From: a virus
Lineage: Duplodnaviria > Caudoviricetes
Direction: 5' to 3' (one strand)
Length of the DNA: 64,000 nt
Virus record (IMG/VR): IMGVR_UViG_3300046328_000530
Location: 98-64,097 of that record
The notes under the pieces were generated by a model, which had not been told where the DNA came from, did not search any database, and was given only the letters and a program-made list of their open reading frames with translations. Of the stretch, positions 58,740 to 64,000 are shown piece by piece (position 1 is the stretch's first letter; every line of letters begins with the position of its first letter). The translations under genes were made by a program, and so were the position numbers.

Positions 58740-59642
58740 CTAAAATGATAATTTATCAAAGTTAACTTCTTTTTCAGAAAGAAGAATATCCCTCCTTTGT
58801 ATTAACTGCATAGGTTTATTGGAGTATATTTGATGGTAATGATGCTCGTGCCTAGATGCGCCACGAGGATCGTACATTAGCCTGTCCCCAGGTTTTACAT
58901 CTATATCAGGGTCGCACAAATTCTCTTGCTGTAAATACCCCCCTATTTTATCGCCAACAAATCGGGCTGTACCTATTTGTTTTTTCCGGCTTCTTTTCAG
59001 ATTATGCTTCAAAACAGGAATTATTAAACCATTCGGAGAAGTTTTATACATCATACCATCTTCCTTTTTAATCGACTCATCCTCTTCCGGCTCAACCATT
59101 ATGTAGCCGTTTAGCATTTTCTTTGGAGATAAATCATCGTTTACAACCATTGTTAGCAAATCGTACTTTATAAGATACATATCCCCAAAATCTGTTTCAA
59201 CCACTATATTCTTATCGCTGGCTGATTTATGTGCCAAGTATGAAAATTTTACCTTGTCACCAATCTTAACCTGACATGTCGTTTCATAGAGGCAGGAAGA
59301 TTCAGTTAGTTGTCCAATCTCATTCATAACAGAACGGTTGATAACAACAGGCTGTCCGTCTATTTTTGTTGCTACAACATACTTGCTGTTAAACTTTTTT
59401 ATTTCACTTCTATTAAATCCTATTTTTTCTGGTATAGCATATACTGTCCCATAAACAGAGTAGTTGCGCTCCTTTACTGAAATTTTAGTTAATTCACCGC
59501 TTGGCTTTTTGTCGTATGTGAAATCTGGTATTATTATTCCGGTTTCACAGCCTTCAATTTGCGCAGTAACATAGTTTTCGTCTGGTTTAATTAGCAGGTA
59601 ATTAAGTGGTATTCTAACTTTAGATGCGTCAACTTTTTTCAT
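58740..59642 (-). CDS. tandem GroES-like domain protein
   Basis: Two repeats of (P)LNY.LIKP / GII.P / GT / VK.GD.V...D(I/L)L. Confidence 0.6.
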   Translation of the reverse strand: MKKVDASKVRIPLNYLLIKPDENYVTAQIEGCETGIIIPDFTYDKKPSGELTKISVKERNYSVYGTVYAIPEKIGFNRSEIKKFNSKYVVATKIDGQPVVINRSVMNEIGQLTESSCLYETTCQVKIGDKVKFSYLAHKSASDKNIVVETDFGDMYLIKYDLLTMVVNDDLSPKKMLNGYIMVEPEEDESIKKEDGMMYKTSPNGLIIPVLKHNLKRSRKKQIGTARFVGDKIGGYLQQENLCDPDIDVKPGDRLMYDPRGASRHEHHYHQIYSNKPMQLIQRRDILLSEKEVNFDKLSF

Positions 59643-60354
59643 ATATACTCTTTTCGTTTAGTTTGCAGTTTAGGTAATTAAGCAGATTTGTTTTTAGCCC
59701 ACCATCATCACAACTCATTATATGTCTATCTTTTAGTTTATTCTCAATCTCTTCTATGTCATAATCTTTTATTATCTTACAGTCAGACATGTACACAAGA
59801 GTTTTATTGTTCATCCCTGCATATATTGACTTAATTCCATACCCCCAACCAATACTCCAGTCAACATCTTTAAATGTCTTTATAAAATCGGATTTATTGA
59901 ATATTATGGGACAATGAAGGTCACAATGGGTCTCTTCCAGTCCATTTTTTCGTAAATATTTTCTGGTGTGATTAAGTGTAGCTCTGTAATTAGATGTATT
60001 AGTTTTCATAGCAACAGTTAGGTCTCCACGATGGTAGAATGGATATTCAACTGCGTTTACCTCCTGCATAAATATATGATCGTCATTCATGAACATGAAA
60101 TCTGTCACTCCTTCTGAGTTGGTACAATACTTAATTATTTTGTTGTAAATATTAAATTCCTTGAATTCCTTCTTTGGATTATCAGCTTGCTCAATATGAA
60201 TGACATTCTGAATCCACTTTGGCTTTTCGCCGATGATATAAATATCCTGATAATTTTTAAGAAATTTCTCTATACCCCTTAACGTATACCTTAAATCAAG
60301 GTAATCTGTCTTTGATTTTCCCAGAGGAATTACGATATTTATTTTTTCATCCAT
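59629..60354 (-). CDS. Stealth-like/GT-A sugar-phosphate transferase
   Basis: LRYTLRGIEKF, IYIIGEKPKW, FMFMNDD. Confidence 0.6.
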   Translation of the reverse strand: MDEKINIVIPLGKSKTDYLDLRYTLRGIEKFLKNYQDIYIIGEKPKWIQNVIHIEQADNPKKEFKEFNIYNKIIKYCTNSEGVTDFMFMNDDHIFMQEVNAVEYPFYHRGDLTVAMKTNTSNYRATLNHTRKYLRKNGLEETHCDLHCPIIFNKSDFIKTFKDVDWSIGWGYGIKSIYAGMNNKTLVYMSDCKIIKDYDIEEIENKLKDRHIMSCDDGGLKTNLLNYLNCKLNEKSIYEKS

Positions 60355-60403
60355 ATAAAAAAACAAATATATGATTATTTTTTTTACATGACTTAATTAT
60401 ATG

Positions 60404-60640
60404 TCATTCTTCTTTTATTTTAACTATTTCGTGAAATGGTGTTGTTTTGTAGAATATCTTGTAGTTCTGCGAGAATTCACCCGATCCATAGCAATCAATC
60501 CACATTTTTATGCATTGAATAAATATATATGGAAAATTAGGTGCATGATCTTTTATTATCATTATCTGGCCACTCCTCATTCTGTCAACCCTGCCCCATA
60601 CAGCTAATAATTGTTTATCTGTTACTGCAATTCGTTCCAT
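60404..60640 (-). CDS. hypothetical protein
   Basis: 78 aa ORF in the operon. Confidence 0.5.
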   Translation of the reverse strand: MERIAVTDKQLLAVWGRVDRMRSGQIMIIKDHAPNFPYIFIQCIKMWIDCYGSGEFSQNYKIFYKTTPFHEIVKIKEE

Positions 60641-61023
60641 GCCTTTTCAAATGCTATTATTTTATCCTCTAACTCAGCTATTTTCTTATTTGAACTAGCC
60701 AATTTTAAATGTGTACTTCTAACAGCAAGTTGAAATGTACAATTTTGGGTAGCTATCCTATCTAATTTTTCACATAAGTCTAATATGCTTTCTAATTTTT
60801 TCTTAGTAACAACTGACTTTTTAGACTCTCCATTAATTTCTTCATAATTATATATATCCTGAATCAGTTCTCTTATAGACACTTTCATTTTAAGTAAGTC
60901 CATAGAAGGATTAAGCGTATCTTCAACCCATGCTATCAATGCTTCTGCATCAATATCCATTGCCGCAATTTGCCTATCCCAAACAAGTTTATGATAACTT
61001 CCAAACCTAATATTTTCGTTCAT
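60622..61023 (-). CDS. coiled-coil hypothetical protein
   Basis: Probable start MNENIRF at 61023, just after the helicase stop. Confidence 0.55.
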   Translation of the reverse strand: MNENIRFGSYHKLVWDRQIAAMDIDAEALIAWVEDTLNPSMDLLKMKVSIRELIQDIYNYEEINGESKKSVVTKKKLESILDLCEKLDRIATQNCTFQLAVRSTHLKLASSNKKIAELEDKIIAFEKAWNELQ

Positions 61024-61024
61024 A

Positions 61025-61972
61025 TTAAAATAAGTTACTTTGTGGCATAATAAACTGGTCTTCATGAAATTTTTGAGCAGTCTGCTCATGATCAAAAGCG
61101 TAGTAATCATTTGCGTCTATCTTCTCGAAATACCTATTCCTTTTCCAGTCGAAATAAAGAGATGTAGTTCCTTTGAAAGAAACTCCTTTTGGTTTAGCTT
61201 TCTCAATATTTATCAACAATTCATTTTCAAGATAAGGTATTCCATGTTGATTTTTTAATCCGAAAGAAGGTCTCCAAATATTTATCCATGTCATAGCCTT
61301 TCTTAACATAGCCTGACCTCCAGCAGCTTCTCTTGCAAAAGGCATAGGGTAGTATCTAATTCCGTTTTCTTCTTTTATTTGCTGATTAGCGGGGTGTATA
61401 GACAATAGGAAATGTCTCTTTTTATTTTTCATCTCACGCCTGAGTTCCCCCATAACATTTTCTATGTACAAGTCCTGCCTCGTTCCATATTCAGACATAT
61501 TATGGTTTAATTCATTGTACGGATCTCCAAGAATTATTTTTTCATCCGTACATAAATCCATTAATTCTCTGAACGAATAAGACTTTACATCGCTATCAAC
61601 TATATTGAAATACTCATCTATCCAGTTTATAGCTTCATAATACTCTTTGTCATTACAGTGAAATTGACTCTCTTTTGATGCGCTTTTACCTGTGTATTTG
61701 TGAATAAATTCTGCATAGATTTCAGCCACACTTCCGGTTTCTGGAGAATACACTAAAGACTTCTTTCCATAACTTTTTGCTTGGTTAAAAAGTAACTCAA
61801 AGAAAAATTCACTCTTTCCGTGTCCGGGTGCTCCAAGTACAATTGTGTATGAGCCTTGTTTTAGGCTATATAAGGCATCTAAACACTTAAACCCTACACT
61901 TTCACCTCTAAGTATTTCAGAGTGTCTTAAAACGTCTAATTCGGCTTTTATTGATTCGTATTTTTTTATCAT
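61025..61972 (-). CDS. DnaB-like (SF4) replicative helicase
   Basis: Walker A GAPGHGKS, YSPE, DPYN, HP and IEKAKPK. Confidence 0.8.
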   Translation of the reverse strand: MIKKYESIKAELDVLRHSEILRGESVGFKCLDALYSLKQGSYTIVLGAPGHGKSEFFFELLFNQAKSYGKKSLVYSPETGSVAEIYAEFIHKYTGKSASKESQFHCNDKEYYEAINWIDEYFNIVDSDVKSYSFRELMDLCTDEKIILGDPYNELNHNMSEYGTRQDLYIENVMGELRREMKNKKRHFLLSIHPANQQIKEENGIRYYPMPFAREAAGGQAMLRKAMTWINIWRPSFGLKNQHGIPYLENELLINIEKAKPKGVSFKGTTSLYFDWKRNRYFEKIDANDYYAFDHEQTAQKFHEDQFIMPQSNLF

Positions 61973-62793
61973 TAGTTTCCTGGAATAAAAGATGCCATTG
62001 AATTTATTTTCATCTCTGGCATTGATTCATATTTGTAAAATTCTGTTTCCCTTGTGATAAATTCTGGGGTCAGGTAATTCTGTTTACCCCTAAGTCTCAT
62101 TTCAAAAAGTGCATTTGAGATTGCTTTTTTGAAATGATCGGAATTGTATCCTTTGCCAATCAAGTATTCAAATTGTCGTTTAGCTTTTTTATCCAAAGTT
62201 TTAAAACTACGATCGGTTATCTCATTAAAAAACCCTAAAAAACTATCTTCTTTTTCTTTTAAAACTTTAGCTGTTTTTTCTTTTTTCCACGAAACATCTA
62301 TCTGCCGACCCTGTGCAACAGGGGATATATAGGGGTTATTTATATTATCTAATCTACTTTGCGGCATTTCTGTAACAGAAACTCCGGTAGCTGCGGCATT
62401 GTTGTTACAGTATTTACCGTTATTGCGGAGTTGTTGTTTACTTAAACTCTTTGCTACACTTCTTTTTTGGTACACAGGCAATAGGTTTTCATCTAGCGTT
62501 TCTGAGTGAATAAAGCCGTTTTTTAAAAACAATAATTCCAATCTGATACAGTAATTCACCACGTCCGATATTTCTGTGACAGAAACTCCAAAATCACCAG
62601 ACATTAAGTCCATTTCCATGTCCGAAAATTCTATCTCATTTCCATCAATTCCGGTTAAATACTCAAGCAGCATATTCCATATAGCATATCCAACAACTCC
62701 GTATTTGTTCCTTATAGCCTTCACTTTCCTGTGGTTTCTCATATCTCTGTCGTGAGGAAAGTATTCGCAATAGTTTTTTTTCGGTCTCGCCAT
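61972..62793 (-). CDS. phage replication initiator (DUF4373 N-terminus)
   Basis: MARPKK..EYFPHD...YGVVGYAIW; C-terminal YLTPEFITR domain; adjacent to the helicase. Confidence 0.8.
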   Translation of the reverse strand: MARPKKNYCEYFPHDRDMRNHRKVKAIRNKYGVVGYAIWNMLLEYLTGIDGNEIEFSDMEMDLMSGDFGVSVTEISDVVNYCIRLELLFLKNGFIHSETLDENLLPVYQKRSVAKSLSKQQLRNNGKYCNNNAAATGVSVTEMPQSRLDNINNPYISPVAQGRQIDVSWKKEKTAKVLKEKEDSFLGFFNEITDRSFKTLDKKAKRQFEYLIGKGYNSDHFKKAISNALFEMRLRGKQNYLTPEFITRETEFYKYESMPEMKINSMASFIPGN

Positions 62794-62891
62794 TTTTTAT
62801 TTCTGATTAAAAAGGTTAGTAATCGTTGTATTTAAGGTGTATTTAAAAAGCGAAAGTTTTAATTACTGTTAACCAGCTTTTTATGTAAAAA

Positions 62892-62920
62892 GTTGCGTAT
62901 ATCTATGAGTTATACGCAAC
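62892..62920 (+). other. attI-like / tyrosine-recombinase simple site (11-7-11 dyad)
   Basis: GTTGCGTATAT-CTATGAG-TTATACGCAAC; contains the GTTATAC core that begins the first cassette. Confidence 0.55.
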
Positions 62921-62921
62921 C

Positions 62922-63617
62922 CTAAAAGAGCCGCTGCTGTCTTTTGTGCAAATTGAAAGCGTTTACACCCGATTGAAAATATTCTGAATCAATTTCACAA
63001 ATATCTAAGTCGAAGCCTTCAATTTCACACGCTATTGCACTTGTCATACTTCCGCCGTGAGTGTCTAATATTTTCATTCCAGTTTCGGCATATTTCAAAC
63101 AATACCTATATAAATCTATTGGTTTTTGACAAATGTGTCTCCTGTCAGTCATTACAGTTCTTTTTCTAAACATTCGGGTTGCCGTTGTAAACGAAGTCCA
63201 TGCAATTTCGCAATCTGAAAAATAGCTTTCCCCGTTTTTTTTATCCCAAACAATAAAACAACTTGTAGGCTTTTCAATTAAATCAATAAAGTAATTACCC
63301 CCCCAAATGATTTGCTTTTTACTTACTCTAAAAAGTTCATTAAAATACTCCTTACTTGGTCGTTCAAAGTCCCATTGTGTTTCGCTGGCAATGCTCCCTT
63401 TATTTTCTTTTCTTTGCCCCCAGTTTCCAGCTTCGGTTTTTACTAATCCAATCCCATACGGAGGGTCAACAATTGCCAAATCAAAACATTTGTCAGGCTT
63501 CGACTTCATAAACTCAATGCAATCCACATTGAAAAAATTAATAGAAGGGCAGCGGCTAACACTCGCTATATGCAATGCGGGGTTACTGCTAATTTGTAAG
63601 TTCATATCTTCGTTCAT
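62922..63617 (-). CDS. DNA methyltransferase (beta class); start codon lies inside the attC-like repeat
   Basis: IVDPPYG, HICQKP, LDTHGGS; no Met between the core and the first conserved strand. Confidence 0.9.
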   Translation of the reverse strand: MNEDMNLQISSNPALHIASVSRCPSINFFNVDCIEFMKSKPDKCFDLAIVDPPYGIGLVKTEAGNWGQRKENKGSIASETQWDFERPSKEYFNELFRVSKKQIIWGGNYFIDLIEKPTSCFIVWDKKNGESYFSDCEIAWTSFTTATRMFRKRTVMTDRRHICQKPIDLYRYCLKYAETGMKILDTHGGSMTSAIACEIEGFDLDICEIDSEYFQSGVNAFNLHKRQQRLF

Positions 63618-63685
63618 TCTGTATCGTATTTTGATAGTTTTGTACTTGTAAATCCCGCACTGCACATAGCGGAAACGTTATAGGC
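63552..63685 (+). repeat. attC-like hairpin site
   Basis: GCGGCTAAC-ACT-CGCTATATGCAATGCGGG ... CCCGCACTGCACATAGCG-GAAAC-GTTATAGGC. Confidence 0.85.
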
Positions 63686-63752
63686 AGTAGGGCAGACGTT
63701 CTTCGTTTCAACATTTGTGGAAGAAAAAAAAGAAAAAAAGCCCACCGCACTT

Positions 63753-64000
63753 TTAAAACATTTGTAATTGTTGTTTATACTCATTGTATTTTTTTACTCC
63801 GTTATTAAAATAATCAGTATCTATTTCGCATATATCCAAATCAAAACCTTCTTTATCACAAGCAATAGCAATACTCATACTGCCTCCGTGTGTGTCTAAA
63901 ATCTTCATCCCTTTTTCAGCGTATTTCTCTAAAACTTTGCGATAAAGTAAAGTTGGTTTTTGCGTTGGATGTATACGTTCTTCTTTGTCTTTCATATTGT
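63753..64000 (-). CDS. DNA methyltransferase, C-terminal part (N-terminus at 319-1)
   Basis: HPTQKP, LDTHGGS; frame open to the window end. Confidence 0.9.
   Translation of the reverse strand, partial: NMKDKEERIHPTQKPTLLYRKVLEKYAEKGMKILDTHGGSMSIAIACDKEGFDLDICEIDTDYFNNGVKKYNEYKQQLQMF

Noticed and set aside
1-64000. Genome-wide stop-codon reassignment
   Set aside because: Long genes are intact in code 11, and TAA, TAG and TGA all terminate well-defined genes. Only isolated in-frame stops are seen.

Overview
The window looks like almost the whole genome (inferred about 64.1 kb, circular or terminally redundant) of an AT-rich tailed phage of Bacteroidota. One DNA methyltransferase gene and its flanking inverted borders are split across the window end and start. 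The minus strand carries a podovirus-type virion module resembling crAss/Cellulophaga-phage relatives: terminase, portal, scaffold, capsid, tail ring and stabiliser, ejection proteins, fibres and lysis genes. Replication and recombination genes are lambda-style (DUF4373 initiator, DnaB-like helicase, ERF, Gp157, RuvC-like, SSB). I found no DNA polymerase, RNA polymerase or integrase. The standout feature is two arrays of integron-like gene cassettes (62.9 kb through the junction to about 4.2 kb, and 15.7-20.8 kb). They are delimited by about 12 attC-like TAAC...GTTA hairpin sites. The core sequences match across each cassette rather than within each site. An attI-like simple site heads the first array and no cognate recombinase is encoded. 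Most cargo genes lie antisense to the site polarity, and several take their start or stop codons from the repeats. Cargo includes five DNA methyltransferases, an RNA ligase, a BcgI-like restriction-modification pair, a viperin fragment and a clamp-like protein. Other notable items are a twister ribozyme in the early leader, beta-clamp-binding tails on the methyltransferases, signal peptides on fibre-like proteins, a glycosyltransferase cluster around the terminase and two GroES-like genes. All family assignments come from motif recognition by eye, not from database searches.
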